DNA of 64,000 bases from Patescibacteria group bacterium (GCA_041666485.1 JBAYGW010000002.1:7711-71710), one strand, 5' to 3'. Numbered from the stretch's first letter, positions 19,033-29,411 are shown. A program made the numbers and translations. Notes: generated from the letters alone by a model not told the origin.

Positions 19033-19785
19033 CTATTTTTTTAACCCTGATTCAACCAGACTTTTTAAATCATCATAGCTTACCGTACCGCTGACTTCCT
19101 GATCATTAATAAAATAATACGGCAAACCGGCAATTTCCAATTCCGCCGCCTGATCAATACCATCCTGCACCAGGGAAGCCGTTGCACCGGAATCAACACA
19201 ACTGTTGAATTCATCCAGTTTTAGACCAAGGTCTTTTGCTAAATCAGCTATTCTCCCTTTGTTCAAGAACTGACTGTTTTTCAGCAACAGATCATGCATC
19301 TCCCAAAACTTTCCCTGAGCCTGGGCACAACGTCCGGCAAACGCCGCATTAACACTTGAAGCGGTCGGGACATCTTTCCATACCAGGTTAACCTCGTCAG
19401 GATAATCCGCCAATATTTTATTGATGGTTTTATTCATTGATTCACAGTTGGCGCAACTATAATCACCATATTCTATAATTGTAACCTTTGCATCGGCATT
19501 GCCTTTAATCGGGTCCGTGTCCAGCACGGTCGGTACATATGATTTAACTGAAACAAATAAATCATTTGCAACCACCCCTCTTTCCACCAAAGAAAAATCA
19601 CTAATTGATTCCGGGGTTTTCAATGCTGAACCGCGGTATATAGAAACGCCAAAAAGTACGATAACTACAAAACCCGCCAGACTCACCAAGCCGGTTATAA
19701 TTAATAACTTCGGAAAATGCACTGAAACTTTTTCTTTTGTTTTAATTCCTGAAGAAATGTTTTTCTCAACTTTTTTTATCGCCAT
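19033..19785 (-). CDS. DsbA-like thiol:disulfide oxidoreductase, membrane-anchored (thioredoxin fold).
   Basis: N-terminal TM segment and a CxxC active site (DYSCANCES). Overall DsbA/thioredoxin_4-like layout. Confidence 0.6.
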   Translation of the reverse strand: MAIKKVEKNISSGIKTKEKVSVHFPKLLIITGLVSLAGFVVIVLFGVSIYRGSALKTPESISDFSLVERGVVANDLFVSVKSYVPTVLDTDPIKGNADAKVTIIEYGDYSCANCESMNKTINKILADYPDEVNLVWKDVPTASSVNAAFAGRCAQAQGKFWEMHDLLLKNSQFLNKGRIADLAKDLGLKLDEFNSCVDSGATASLVQDGIDQAAELEIAGLPYYFINDQEVSGTVSYDDLKSLVESGLKK

Positions 19786-19795
19786 TTATCCTCTA

Positions 19796-21031
19796 TTATT
19801 TTAACCTGATAGAATTAAGCTCCCCGGTAGTTTTGTCGGTAAAATACAAGATTCTTTCGTCTGGTGACAGATATATCTGATCAATAACGTAACCACCACC
19901 ATCAACATTTGAAGGTGTCGCTAGCTTTGTCTTTGCTCCTGTCGTCAGATCAACCCGATATATATTATCATTTATTGAGTCGGCTAATTCAGGGTATAAG
20001 CCGCTTCCTTTTTCAAGTCCGATTGGAACGCCGCAATACAGAGCACCGCCGCCGATTGCACATTTGCTAGGCCAAGTTTTGAGCCCGGTGTTAATTGTAT
20101 TAGCACCCGTGTTGTCACCGCCGACATCCGCTATCTTTAGTTCCGGATTATAATCCGTAGTAGCGGAGTAAGTGCTGTAAATCATCTGGGTCCCGGTATT
20201 ATTCCATATCCCTTCAAACCCCCTGCCTTGAACCTCCAACGATTTGAAATTTTCACCATTTTGTCCGACAAAGAACACATCCTGCGCATCACCTGCTGAA
20301 GTCTTTCTGAATGTTGCAACCATCTGACTGGTCGGAGACCAATTGACCTCAACATCACTACTTTTATCCCCCAGTAATTCAATCTGCCTCATTGCTGTCC
20401 CATCCACATTGGAAACTCCCAGGAAGTTGTTGTTGGTGTTTTCATCAATGTATTCAAATCCCAACTGTTCGCCGGTTGCGGAAAATTTGATTTCATTCAG
20501 TTCTTTCGGCAGAGTTATCTGACTTTTGGAATCAAAATCATAAACAATATTCGTACCGTCCGGGAAAGTAATGATCGCTTTATTTCCGGTTGGAGACCAT
20601 TCTACACTTTCCGCATCCGGAAAAAGATCTTCTGTTAAAAGGCTCTTAATCTTTCCATCGGAAGAAATCTGATAAAATTTTCCGGTTTCTTTGTCATAAA
20701 ACCGCAGATTTGTGCCGATCACTTTTGCCGCCTTAATATCACCGTCAGCTACATTATTGGTCAGTGTATTTCCGCCATTGGCGATCGGTGACACCACTGG
20801 CAGGCCGGCGTTCGTATTGGCATTTACATTCTCAACCGGGCGGTTAACATTTTGGTTGGCAATCGGCAGTTCACCGGAATTAACGATCACTCCGTTGATA
20901 TTTACCTGACCGGGACCGGGACCTACATCACCGCGGAAAAATATTACATAAATCAAATATCCCATAAATATCACAATTGCAATAAAACCGATGATAATCC
21001 CTGCAATTTTAAGAAAATTTTTATATTTCAT
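19796..21031 (-). CDS. Membrane-anchored protein with a TolB-like (PD40-type) beta-propeller domain.
   Basis: N-terminal TM segment IAGIIIGFIAIVIFMGYLIYVIFF. Repeated segments such as FSATGEQLGF, WSPTSQMVAT and YLSPDERILYF resemble PD40/WD40-like propeller blades. Confidence 0.45.
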   Translation of the reverse strand: MKYKNFLKIAGIIIGFIAIVIFMGYLIYVIFFRGDVGPGPGQVNINGVIVNSGELPIANQNVNRPVENVNANTNAGLPVVSPIANGGNTLTNNVADGDIKAAKVIGTNLRFYDKETGKFYQISSDGKIKSLLTEDLFPDAESVEWSPTGNKAIITFPDGTNIVYDFDSKSQITLPKELNEIKFSATGEQLGFEYIDENTNNNFLGVSNVDGTAMRQIELLGDKSSDVEVNWSPTSQMVATFRKTSAGDAQDVFFVGQNGENFKSLEVQGRGFEGIWNNTGTQMIYSTYSATTDYNPELKIADVGGDNTGANTINTGLKTWPSKCAIGGGALYCGVPIGLEKGSGLYPELADSINDNIYRVDLTTGAKTKLATPSNVDGGGYVIDQIYLSPDERILYFTDKTTGELNSIRLK

Positions 21032-21060
21032 AATTTTTGGTGATTGCTACTTGATTATAA

Positions 21061-22008
21061 TTAATTGGCACATTCCATATTACTTAAATATCCGCATCCG
21101 GCTTTAATTTGAGCTGCCGTTAATTGTGTTCCATCCTTATGTGTATAAGGATAGCCATCATCCAAAACATAACTGCAAATTGCTTCGTCAATTGTGAAAT
21201 TACCATACGGTCCGTTTAATACGCATCTTTCCCCCTGTTGATCACCACCCTCTATGGGTACTTTCGGACATGAAGTACCCACATTCCATACTTTATCCAT
21301 AAAATTCCAAAATACTTTACCACAGTCCTTGAAGGCTAGATTTACGGAAGTAGTCGTTTCAAAATCCTGTTGAGTTGTGATTGCTCCATGATTCATAATC
21401 TTGACCGTCTTCACCTCTTCCGCGGTAAACATGGCTGGGGTTGTGTTAGTGCCGATCACTTTACAGACTTTATCCGCATCATTATTCCAAACACCGATGC
21501 ATTTGTCCTGATTTTCGGCGTTAATAACAATGGATGAACCGCATCTGACCGGTTCTTTTTCCCCTTTTATATTTGTGGTTAGTTCTGTATCAAAATCGCA
21601 TTTTCTGGATGCTTCTCCGCCGAGCGTCATAGTGTCAACAACCGGTATCACAAGCGGCTGCAATGAAACAATATTCGGATTGATGGCGTTTAATATCATA
21701 TACGAAGTGAGTGCCAAAATCAGTCCGAAAACAGCGCTCATTATTTGTTCTTTAGCACCGCTGATTATGGAAGTATTGCCGGCCGCTGTAATCCATTTGT
21801 ATCCGGCAATCACCATCATGGCCGCGGCCAAAATTCCGGCGGAAGTAACAAAAAACTCATAAAATATTCTGATATACTCCCCCAAATCATCCACTGATTT
21901 TGTATCACCAATCGGAATGTTCAGCGGTATCGGCGCGGCAGAGACAATCAGCGGTAGCAATATTATCCCCAGTGAAATGACAAATATTTTGAGAGATGAT
22001 TTATTCAT
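21061..22008 (-). CDS. TrbC/VirB2-like pilin-fold protein with a C-terminal Cys-rich extension (315 aa).
   Basis: A signal peptide followed by two long hydrophobic helices (FFVTSAGILAAAMMVIAGYKWI and IMSAVFGLILALTSYMILNAI), which is the VirB2/TrbC topology. It is the last gene of the VirB4-containing minus-strand cluster. Confidence 0.45.
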   Translation of the reverse strand: MNKSSLKIFVISLGIILLPLIVSAAPIPLNIPIGDTKSVDDLGEYIRIFYEFFVTSAGILAAAMMVIAGYKWITAAGNTSIISGAKEQIMSAVFGLILALTSYMILNAINPNIVSLQPLVIPVVDTMTLGGEASRKCDFDTELTTNIKGEKEPVRCGSSIVINAENQDKCIGVWNNDADKVCKVIGTNTTPAMFTAEEVKTVKIMNHGAITTQQDFETTTSVNLAFKDCGKVFWNFMDKVWNVGTSCPKVPIEGGDQQGERCVLNGPYGNFTIDEAICSYVLDDGYPYTHKDGTQLTAAQIKAGCGYLSNMECAN

Positions 22009-22032
22009 AGTACTATTGTCAATAATTTTGAG

Positions 22033-23214
22033 TTATTTTGAATCAGGTAAATTATATAGAGCTAATAAAGCTTGGATTGATTTATTTAATTTCTTCTCTT
22101 CTTCTTTTCGTCTTTTGCTAAGATCGGCGATTTCTTTATTTCTGTTAATAATCGCCAATACTACACGCATTGTCCAAGCCGGCAACATGTCAATATAAGG
22201 GATAAGCTCCACACTATTGATTGCCCATCCGATTACCTTAGCCCTACCGTCACCAGGTTTTTCAATTTTTAAAACGAATGCTGCAATTAATAGCGGGAGA
22301 TCCAACATCCAGTCCAGCCAGGACCAAACCCCTATACTCAACGCCTCAGCTATGATATCAAATAAATCTTTTGATATAGCAACCGCCAGTACAGTGAATA
22401 ACATAATTAGCGTTCGCTTTGCCGCCGAATTTTCTTTATCTAATTTTTCAACTTTTTTCCTCTGGGCAGTTACTCTTGCCTGCTCTATAGCTATTAGATC
22501 CGTTGGTCCTGATTCATTATCATCTTCATTTTTTGATTCATTCCTCTGTTCATTCAATTGCTGTTCAGTGTCATTCTCTTCATCTTCTGAAATATTCAGC
22601 GGTTGTTCATTACCAGTATCTTCATTTTCATCTGAGTCTTCTTGATCAGACAGCGAATCATCCAAATCTCTTAGCCCGCTCAAACCACTGCTGTATTCGG
22701 GGATTATTTGACCTGTCCTAACCGTACTGTTATCCCCCCTATTCTTTGATCTTCTCATCAACCGGTTTGCTTTTGGCTGTTGTCCTTCACTAAGATCTTC
22801 GGGTAGAACATTTGCTGATGATTCTTGTATGGGAGAACCGAGATTAACCATCCCGCGTGATGCCTGTCTTTTCTTTTTATACTCTCTTTTTCTGTTGCTC
22901 AGTTCTCTCTGCTTGTCTTTTTCGGTTACCGCTTCTCTTGAATAATCTCCTCCAACTTGAGGCAGAGCGGACTCCGTGCTGTTCGGCTGGTCAGTGTCCC
23001 TGATCACTACTTTAATTTTCGTTCCGCCGTCATCCGAAGGCAGTATACTGGCTGAAAATCCTTCTGAAGCTGCCGTAGATGTCCCTGGTTCATTTACTGG
23101 ATTTTGCGGAGAATTCGCCTCAGTACCGGCGGACTCTTCAGTATCAACAGCATTTACTTTAATATTATTTTCAGTGTCCTTAACTGTTTCGGATCTTTCC
23201 ATTTTTTTATGCAA
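22033..23214 (-). CDS. Hypothetical protein with an acidic, low-complexity N-terminal half and a polytopic membrane C-terminal half (393 aa).
   Basis: D/E/N/S-rich region (SDQEDSDENEDTGNEQ...). C-terminal TM helices LIMLFTVLAVAISKDLF, LPLLIAAFVLKI and VVLAIINRN. Confidence 0.5.
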   Translation of the reverse strand: MHKKMERSETVKDTENNIKVNAVDTEESAGTEANSPQNPVNEPGTSTAASEGFSASILPSDDGGTKIKVVIRDTDQPNSTESALPQVGGDYSREAVTEKDKQRELSNRKREYKKKRQASRGMVNLGSPIQESSANVLPEDLSEGQQPKANRLMRRSKNRGDNSTVRTGQIIPEYSSGLSGLRDLDDSLSDQEDSDENEDTGNEQPLNISEDEENDTEQQLNEQRNESKNEDDNESGPTDLIAIEQARVTAQRKKVEKLDKENSAAKRTLIMLFTVLAVAISKDLFDIIAEALSIGVWSWLDWMLDLPLLIAAFVLKIEKPGDGRAKVIGWAINSVELIPYIDMLPAWTMRVVLAIINRNKEIADLSKRRKEEEKKLNKSIQALLALYNLPDSK

Positions 23215-23228
23215 CTAGATTAGCTTAT

Positions 23229-23855
23229 TTACAGCCAGTTTGCTTCGTTAACTTTCCATTCATCATTTTCCAAAATAAATTTCAACTTGATGTTCTGATA
23301 AATTATTTCTGATTCCTCATTCAACTTTGTCTGATTCCTCTGCGTTGAAACGGTAAATTCCGCCTTGCCACCTTTTTCATCTATCAAATCTGTTGTTAGA
23401 CTAAGTGCCCTGGTAGTTACGCCGTAGTAAGGATCGTCAACGCTGGTTTTTGCCTGTTGATCTGCTACATAATTTTCCGCCCATTTTTTTAGACTTGCTG
23501 ACATGTATATTTCCAGCTTGGTAATATTCTCAAAATTACTGTCGGAAGAATAACTGCCGAACCTTTCAGCAAAGTTCCGTGCAATCGGCTTGAGTAGCGT
23601 TTCCACACTGGCATTAACGTCTGAAGTGGGACTGTTAGTATTGACTGATGCGCTGTTTATGTTGGCATTATCGCTGTTCGTATTTACAGACTGGTTTGTA
23701 TTAGAATTAGTCGTTGTATTTATATTTGTTACTGAGTTGGTATTTGTTTCACCTTTGCGTTCTTGGGTAAAATAGACAACGGCAAATATGACAACAGTGG
23801 CTACCAGAATAATTGCCATTGCTACAATCAGCGCTATTTTTAGCTTTTTGTTCAT
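23229..23855 (-). CDS. Hypothetical membrane-anchored protein rich in Asn/Ser/Thr (208 aa).
   Basis: N-terminal TM segment IALIVAMAIILVATVVIFAVVYF, followed by an N/T/S-rich linker. Confidence 0.5.
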   Translation of the reverse strand: MNKKLKIALIVAMAIILVATVVIFAVVYFTQERKGETNTNSVTNINTTTNSNTNQSVNTNSDNANINSASVNTNSPTSDVNASVETLLKPIARNFAERFGSYSSDSNFENITKLEIYMSASLKKWAENYVADQQAKTSVDDPYYGVTTRALSLTTDLIDEKGGKAEFTVSTQRNQTKLNEESEIIYQNIKLKFILENDEWKVNEANWL

Positions 23856-23874
23856 TCGGATATTGATTTAAAAA

Positions 23875-25770
23875 TTATGATTCTGTTTGATTTGCCATTT
23901 CCGCTTCAAACTCTTTTTTGGCATCTTCAATTTCCAAAAGCTGCCGCGGATCGGATGTAATCAGCTGGTCTTCGGTATATGAAGCGACGATTTTTATTGC
24001 GGCGTGTTTTGCCCCCGCAAAAAATATGCCCTCACCTAAACCCGACTCAATTAATAAATATTTTTCTCCTTCCGTCAGCATAAAGGTGTTTACCAGGAGA
24101 TCAATGCCGGCCGGCGATTGTTTCAAAAGAAGCTGTAGAGATGAGTTGGTAACAATCGCCTGTCCGTATGGCGAGCGCAGAAAGTCATTGACATCCTGTG
24201 TGATTGTGGTGACACCAAGATAATACTTACGGCAGCGTTTCACCAGCGCATAAATAAACTTCGCCGAATCCTCATTCTGCATCAGCCACCATGCTTCATC
24301 AATTACTAGCACTCTTTTTTTCACTTCGGAACGGACAATGTTCCAGATGTAGTTGATAATAGTGTAAATTCCGATCGGACGCAGTTCGTCCTCTAAATCA
24401 CGGACACTGAACACTACCAGTTGATTTTGCGTATCAATATTGGTCGGGCTGTTAAACAGTCCGGCAAAAGTACCTTTGGTATATTTTTTCAGTCTTTCCG
24501 ATAAATCCGCGCCGCCTTCCATCCCCAATAATATATCTTCAAAATCCTGCATGATAGGCGCCTCAATTTTTGTCAGATCCGATTCAGCGGATATGTCTTT
24601 TTTCGCGTAGGTTTCAATCAATGCACGGTCAACTAGTGAATCTTCAGCATGTGTCAGATCACCAAGCATCAAACGAACTAAACCTTTGAGCGTGATTACT
24701 GCGGAACGGATAATATCCGCCGGTTTATCCCTGCCAGATACAGGACGCGGCAGATCAAACGGGTTGATCTTACTTTCGGAGTTTAAAGAGATATCAATGT
24801 AAGCACCGCCCACCGCATCGCTTAAATGTTTATACTCCATTTCTGGATCAATAATAATAACTTCCGTACCAAGCATTAAGCTCCTGAGCACTTCTAATTT
24901 AACCGCGTAGCTTTTCCCGGCGCCGGAAGTGGCAAATACGACCGTATTGGCGTTTTGCAGGCTGAAACGATCAAACAGGATTAAACTGTTGTTATGCCGG
25001 TTAACTCCGTACAAGATGCCGTTATCAGATGTAAGTTCAGACGAAATGAAAGGAAAAGACGAGGCGCAGGGAGACGTGTTCATATTAAACGTGATATACA
25101 ATTCATCATTGCCGATCGGCAAAGTTGAATTAAATCCCTGCTCCGACTGAAATAAAACGCGTTTGGAATAGACAAGTTTAGAACCGAATATGGATTCAAT
25201 TCTTTCTGTGATTCGGTCTAATTCTTTTGTATCATCCGCGTAGGCAGAGATATATAAAGCATATTGAAAGAATTTTTCCGTGCCCTGAGTAATTTCATCC
25301 CGGAGCATTTCAATGTCTTTTAACGCGGTCTCTCTCAAAGGATCGCGCGGAGCGCCTTTTTCCGCATCAGAAAGAATCTGCGCTTCCAGCGCACCGACCT
25401 TGTTCTTTAACTGTTTCAAAATTGCCTCGGGTTTTACCGGATAAAAATACATGGCAATGTCCATCGGGATATTCAGATTGATCACCGGGGCAAACCAGCC
25501 GACACTGATGTACCTGGGATAAGTAACCACAAAAACAGTACTGACAAATTTGGTGCCGAGCTGGACATAGCGCGCGTCAACTTTGAAAGCTGAAGGGGCT
25601 ATTAAATCACGGACTGAAACCACACCGCGCTGAAAAGATCTTTCCGCTTCAAGAATTTCTTTCTCTTCCTGAGCAAGCGTCCTTTCGCGTTCAGCCTGTT
25701 TCAGGGAAGATGCTTCCTTCTTTGCTTCCTCTTCATCTTTGATATCCGCCTTTTTGAATAGTTGAACCAT
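23875..25770 (-). CDS. virB4: VirB4/TrbE/CagE-family T4SS ATPase.
   Basis: Walker A VVFATSGAGKSYAV and Walker B VLVIDEAWWLM, with VirB4-like overall length and motif spacing. Confidence 0.8.
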   Translation of the reverse strand: MVQLFKKADIKDEEEAKKEASSLKQAERERTLAQEEKEILEAERSFQRGVVSVRDLIAPSAFKVDARYVQLGTKFVSTVFVVTYPRYISVGWFAPVINLNIPMDIAMYFYPVKPEAILKQLKNKVGALEAQILSDAEKGAPRDPLRETALKDIEMLRDEITQGTEKFFQYALYISAYADDTKELDRITERIESIFGSKLVYSKRVLFQSEQGFNSTLPIGNDELYITFNMNTSPCASSFPFISSELTSDNGILYGVNRHNNSLILFDRFSLQNANTVVFATSGAGKSYAVKLEVLRSLMLGTEVIIIDPEMEYKHLSDAVGGAYIDISLNSESKINPFDLPRPVSGRDKPADIIRSAVITLKGLVRLMLGDLTHAEDSLVDRALIETYAKKDISAESDLTKIEAPIMQDFEDILLGMEGGADLSERLKKYTKGTFAGLFNSPTNIDTQNQLVVFSVRDLEDELRPIGIYTIINYIWNIVRSEVKKRVLVIDEAWWLMQNEDSAKFIYALVKRCRKYYLGVTTITQDVNDFLRSPYGQAIVTNSSLQLLLKQSPAGIDLLVNTFMLTEGEKYLLIESGLGEGIFFAGAKHAAIKIVASYTEDQLITSDPRQLLEIEDAKKEFEAEMANQTES

Positions 25771-25782
25771 AGTATCCTTTTT

Positions 25783-26496
25783 TTATTTTTTATCGTCTTC
25801 TTCCATTGAGCTAGAATCTTCTTCTACCTGAAGTTTATCCAAATCTACTAACTGCTCCTGGCTGAAAACTTCCGGATTATATGTATTGTAGAAAAGCTCA
25901 ATAATACTTTGAGTGTCCAGCTGTACTGATTTCAGCCCGATTGATGACAATCCGTCAGTCACATAATCTACCCTTTTGAATAATTCAGTCCGGTATTTAT
26001 CAAACTTTTTACGTTTCAAATGGATAACCGACGTCGGTGACAGTACTTCCTTCAATCTGGAAAAATATTTTTTTTGTTTATCAGAAATTGGTGAATAAGG
26101 CACAATGACATAAAATCTTTTGCTCATAATATCAGCAATCTCCACCAGTTCTTTAATGTATTGCTGATACTCAGCAGTCTGCATCCTAAGCAGTTCATTG
26201 GACTGTTCTTTCTCCACTTTCTTCAGGCGGTCCAGATATTCTTCAATATTCAATTTCCTGGATTGGATGACAATCTGGATGGAAAAATCAAATGAATTAA
26301 GGAACTGAGTATAACCCTGGATAACAGCCACCTGCTCATCTTCCGATTTCAACGCGAAATTTATTGAAGAAACTAAGATTATCGCCCTCAAGGTTCCGTC
26401 CTTCATCGCAACCACGTTATCTTTAATCTCCAAAATATCAAGATGACTCTGCGTGGAAGCTTTTGGTTTTTGTCCTGCTAACTGGTTAGAATGCAT
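25783..26496 (-). CDS. Hypothetical protein in the T4SS-like cluster (237 aa).
   Basis: Complete ORF, translationally adjacent to virB4. No motif I recognise. Confidence 0.45.
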   Translation of the reverse strand: MHSNQLAGQKPKASTQSHLDILEIKDNVVAMKDGTLRAIILVSSINFALKSEDEQVAVIQGYTQFLNSFDFSIQIVIQSRKLNIEEYLDRLKKVEKEQSNELLRMQTAEYQQYIKELVEIADIMSKRFYVIVPYSPISDKQKKYFSRLKEVLSPTSVIHLKRKKFDKYRTELFKRVDYVTDGLSSIGLKSVQLDTQSIIELFYNTYNPEVFSQEQLVDLDKLQVEEDSSSMEEDDKK

Positions 26497-26513
26497 ATTT
26501 GTTTTATTTAGAC

Positions 26514-26951
26514 TTAAAAAACGCTGTCTTCGTCTTCTTCTTTGAACGCCCCGCCGGTGTCAACTACTAAAGACAAGCGGGTTAATTTTGAGTTTGTCAC
26601 TACCATTTTGGGCGGAACAACTACCGTGGTCTTGATCGGACCTTTGTGCGCGGATGAATTCCTTTCCTGAACTGCTGTTTTATTCCAAATTTTAATTTTT
26701 GGTTTTCTGATTGTATATACGATATTCAAAATAAAATAGTGAAATGACTGGCCGTTAATTTTTGCAAAGGCAACGATGCCGGCAAACCCAAATGTGAATA
26801 GGGCAATAAATATGAACAGCACAAAACCAAAAATCTTATATTCAATGAAAATAATACCAAAAGCAACCAGGAAAATCACAAACTGCCGGACCGAAATAGG
26901 TCCGATGATTTTATCCTCCACTTCAATAAACTGCGGCACCACAAAACGCAT
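26514..26951 (-). CDS. Small two-TM membrane protein, possibly VirB3/PrgI-like (145 aa).
   Basis: Hydrophobic segments FVIFLVAFGIIFIEYKIFGFVLFIFIALFTFGFAGIVAF. Its position just upstream of virB4 matches the VirB3/PrgI arrangement in Gram-positive-type T4SS. Confidence 0.4.
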   Translation of the reverse strand: MRFVVPQFIEVEDKIIGPISVRQFVIFLVAFGIIFIEYKIFGFVLFIFIALFTFGFAGIVAFAKINGQSFHYFILNIVYTIRKPKIKIWNKTAVQERNSSAHKGPIKTTVVVPPKMVVTNSKLTRLSLVVDTGGAFKEEDEDSVF

Positions 26952-26956
26952 ATAGG

Positions 26957-28351
26957 CTAAAATCTTAATTGCTTATTTAGATCCCCTACCGCTTCAAATT
27001 CTTCATCCGTCAGATATGAACGGCCGTCTATTTTCCTGCTGGTAATCACTTCCTGCACCGACTTCCCTTTGTTCATGCCTTCGTTACCTATATCAAGATA
27101 AATCTGGTAGATTTCCGATTTTTTCCACGCCTGAATCGCTTCCGATTTCTTGGTAAATGACTCCTCCTCCAACAAATCAACCTTCTCTTTTATCTTTTCT
27201 ATTGCCTGACGGGGGTTACCTCCTAGCCTCCTGAAATCAACCAGATTTAAACTCCTTATTTCTTCAATCGGTCCCATCAATCTTGGCGGTGTTTTAATAT
27301 CTACAATCTTCGGTCGGGAATCAAATTCCGGCATCGGCCGCTGTATCTTCGGCAAAATCGGAATTCTTCTTTCTACAACAGGGGTAACCGGGATAGCCGG
27401 CTGACTGGCTTTCGTCTTTATTTCATTTTCCAGTTCATTCTTATTTTGCTGATGCAAATTGAGCACTGCTTTTTTTATTTGCTCATTGGCTACCGCTTTT
27501 CTCATCCTCTCCTGCTGCTCTTTTTCTTTCTCCGCTTCCTGCATTTTCATCCTTTGCCGCATCTCTATCTTCTTAATCTCCCCCTCATCATGAAAACTCA
27601 TTGCTTTTTCCGCTGTTATCTTCACTATCTGTTCAACAACTTCGGGAGCAAGTTCCAAGCCACCGACTTTTTTTGAACGAACCAGCAATTCTCTCAGCTG
27701 AACGGATGTCCGAATATCACGTAGACGTGATGTGATAAGACTTTCAAATCTTTTTTGCATGAGCTCATCGGAAAAACTGACTCCAACCTGACCTGCAATT
27801 TCTTTAACAACCGCACCGTAATCAATCGCTCTGGTTACTGACGATATTTCTTTGTTATGTAATCTTTTTACCTCCTCCTCATCCTCAACATCAAAATAGA
27901 AACTGGCGTTTACACCTTTACCGGGAATCATCCTACTCGCCAGTCCTGGCTTCAATTGGGAAGCTGTAATCTGCTGGACGCCCTCTTGCTTTTCAGATGC
28001 GGGTGTAACCATTTCTTTGCTTACCGGTTCTTGCTTGGGAACTGTCTGGATAACGGGTGCGGTCGGGACGGGAGTATTTGGTGTTTTCTTTACTGACAAT
28101 TGTGCAACCGCCTTCTGGATGACGGAGGGATTTATCGCAGTCGGTTTCGGTACACGAGCAACATTTACCGGAGCAACAACCGTATTTTCTTCGCCTAATA
28201 ATTTAGCGCCATTAACATAACTGAACTGACCTTTTTGGTCCTTAATCAATATTTTAGCGCCTTTTAAAATTTCTTTTTCCTCGTTATCTTTTTTGCCACT
28301 TGCGACATTTACGGATATTGAGGGGTTACTTTTGTTTTTTTGATCCTCCAT
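26957..28351 (-). CDS. Hypothetical protein (464 aa) with a Lys/Glu-rich coiled-coil region.
   Basis: Complete ORF. It overlaps the upstream gene by 26 nt, which suggests translational coupling. No motif I recognise. Confidence 0.45.
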   Translation of the reverse strand: MEDQKNKSNPSISVNVASGKKDNEEKEILKGAKILIKDQKGQFSYVNGAKLLGEENTVVAPVNVARVPKPTAINPSVIQKAVAQLSVKKTPNTPVPTAPVIQTVPKQEPVSKEMVTPASEKQEGVQQITASQLKPGLASRMIPGKGVNASFYFDVEDEEEVKRLHNKEISSVTRAIDYGAVVKEIAGQVGVSFSDELMQKRFESLITSRLRDIRTSVQLRELLVRSKKVGGLELAPEVVEQIVKITAEKAMSFHDEGEIKKIEMRQRMKMQEAEKEKEQQERMRKAVANEQIKKAVLNLHQQNKNELENEIKTKASQPAIPVTPVVERRIPILPKIQRPMPEFDSRPKIVDIKTPPRLMGPIEEIRSLNLVDFRRLGGNPRQAIEKIKEKVDLLEEESFTKKSEAIQAWKKSEIYQIYLDIGNEGMNKGKSVQEVITSRKIDGRSYLTDEEFEAVGDLNKQLRF

Positions 28352-29300
28352 TATATTTCAGTGTTGTTATTGGTCTTGACTGCGTAATGTATATTTTATT
28401 TTTTTCCAGCGCCCACTCTATGTCCTGCGGATGCCGATAATGTTTTTCAATTTTCTCGCAGATTCCGGCTAATTGGATTATTTGTTTGCCCGTGAGTTTC
28501 TGCTTCTCCTGCATTATCTTTGGAACCTTCACTTTTTTTACTCCGCTGGTTCCGGCCTGAACAATCATTTCTTTTTGCTCGGAAATATTGATATCCAGGA
28601 TTGTTTTTTCCTTTTTATCAATAATGTACGTATCCGGCGTAATCTGCCCGGAAACGATCGCCTCCCCCTGGCCGTATCCCGCTTCAATCACCATTTGATC
28701 CCGGTCGTTTGTCACCGGATGAGCCGTAAAGGCAACTCCGGATATTTCAGAATTCACCATGCTCTGCACCACTACACCCACACTGACTTTGGTTTTGTGC
28801 AGTTTCTTTTCAAAACGGTAAAAAATAGCGCGCGGAGTGAATAGTGATGACCAGCATTTACGGACTGCTTCGGCTAGATTCTTCCTGGTAATGAACAAAT
28901 ATGTCTCTAACTCGCCCGCCCATGACGCGACAGAGGAATCTTCAGCTGTTGCAGAAGAACGGACAGCAACATATTTGGTTTTCAATTTATCAAAAGCCGC
29001 CAATATCTCTTTTTGTATATCCTCCGGAATTATGAAATCGTGGATTAAGTCCCGAATTGTGTTGGAAACACGGTCCACACTGTTTATATCATTCAACTTT
29101 ACTTTCTTTAACAGTGCGTCTATCTCCACATCCAGATCTGTTTCCTCTAAAAAACGCTCAAAAGTGCCGGAAAGTACTACAAACCCGGGTGGGACCGGCA
29201 TTTTTACCATTGTCATCTCCCCCAGTTGCGCGCCCTTTCCCCCAGCTTCTGCAACACTCTTTCTATTTAATTGCGAAAAAGTTTTGGTAAATTTTGCCAT
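28326..29300 (-). CDS. Stand-alone PPDK_N-type ATP-grasp (nucleotide-binding) domain protein, homologous to the N-terminal domain of PEP synthase, pyruvate-phosphate dikinase and rifampin phosphotransferase (324 aa).
   Basis: VAEAGGKGAQLGEM...GFVVLSGTFERF, VAVRSSATAEDSSVASWAGELETYL, and DIEWALEKNKIYITQSRPITT match PPDK_N motifs throughout. It has no phosphohistidine or PEP-binding domain. Confidence 0.8.
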   Translation of the reverse strand: MAKFTKTFSQLNRKSVAEAGGKGAQLGEMTMVKMPVPPGFVVLSGTFERFLEETDLDVEIDALLKKVKLNDINSVDRVSNTIRDLIHDFIIPEDIQKEILAAFDKLKTKYVAVRSSATAEDSSVASWAGELETYLFITRKNLAEAVRKCWSSLFTPRAIFYRFEKKLHKTKVSVGVVVQSMVNSEISGVAFTAHPVTNDRDQMVIEAGYGQGEAIVSGQITPDTYIIDKKEKTILDINISEQKEMIVQAGTSGVKKVKVPKIMQEKQKLTGKQIIQLAGICEKIEKHYRHPQDIEWALEKNKIYITQSRPITTLKYNGGSKKQK

Positions 29301-29383
29301 GAAAAATCTTTTATATTATAGCATAACTGATAATAATTCACAACATTACATACAGGCACAATCGCGCTTGCTTTGGCCATTGA

Positions 29384-29411
29384 CCCCGTTAGAGCAAATG
29401 CTCTAACGGGG
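29384..29411. other. Perfect hairpin with a 13-bp stem immediately upstream of the cassette promoter.
   Basis: CCCCGTTAGAGCA-aat-GCTCTAACGGGG. No flanking T-tract. Confidence 0.5.

Noticed and set aside
29384-29411. 13-bp-stem hairpin read as a rho-independent terminator.
   Set aside because: There is no U-tract on either strand. It more likely acts as an insulator or structural element at the boundary of cassette 1.
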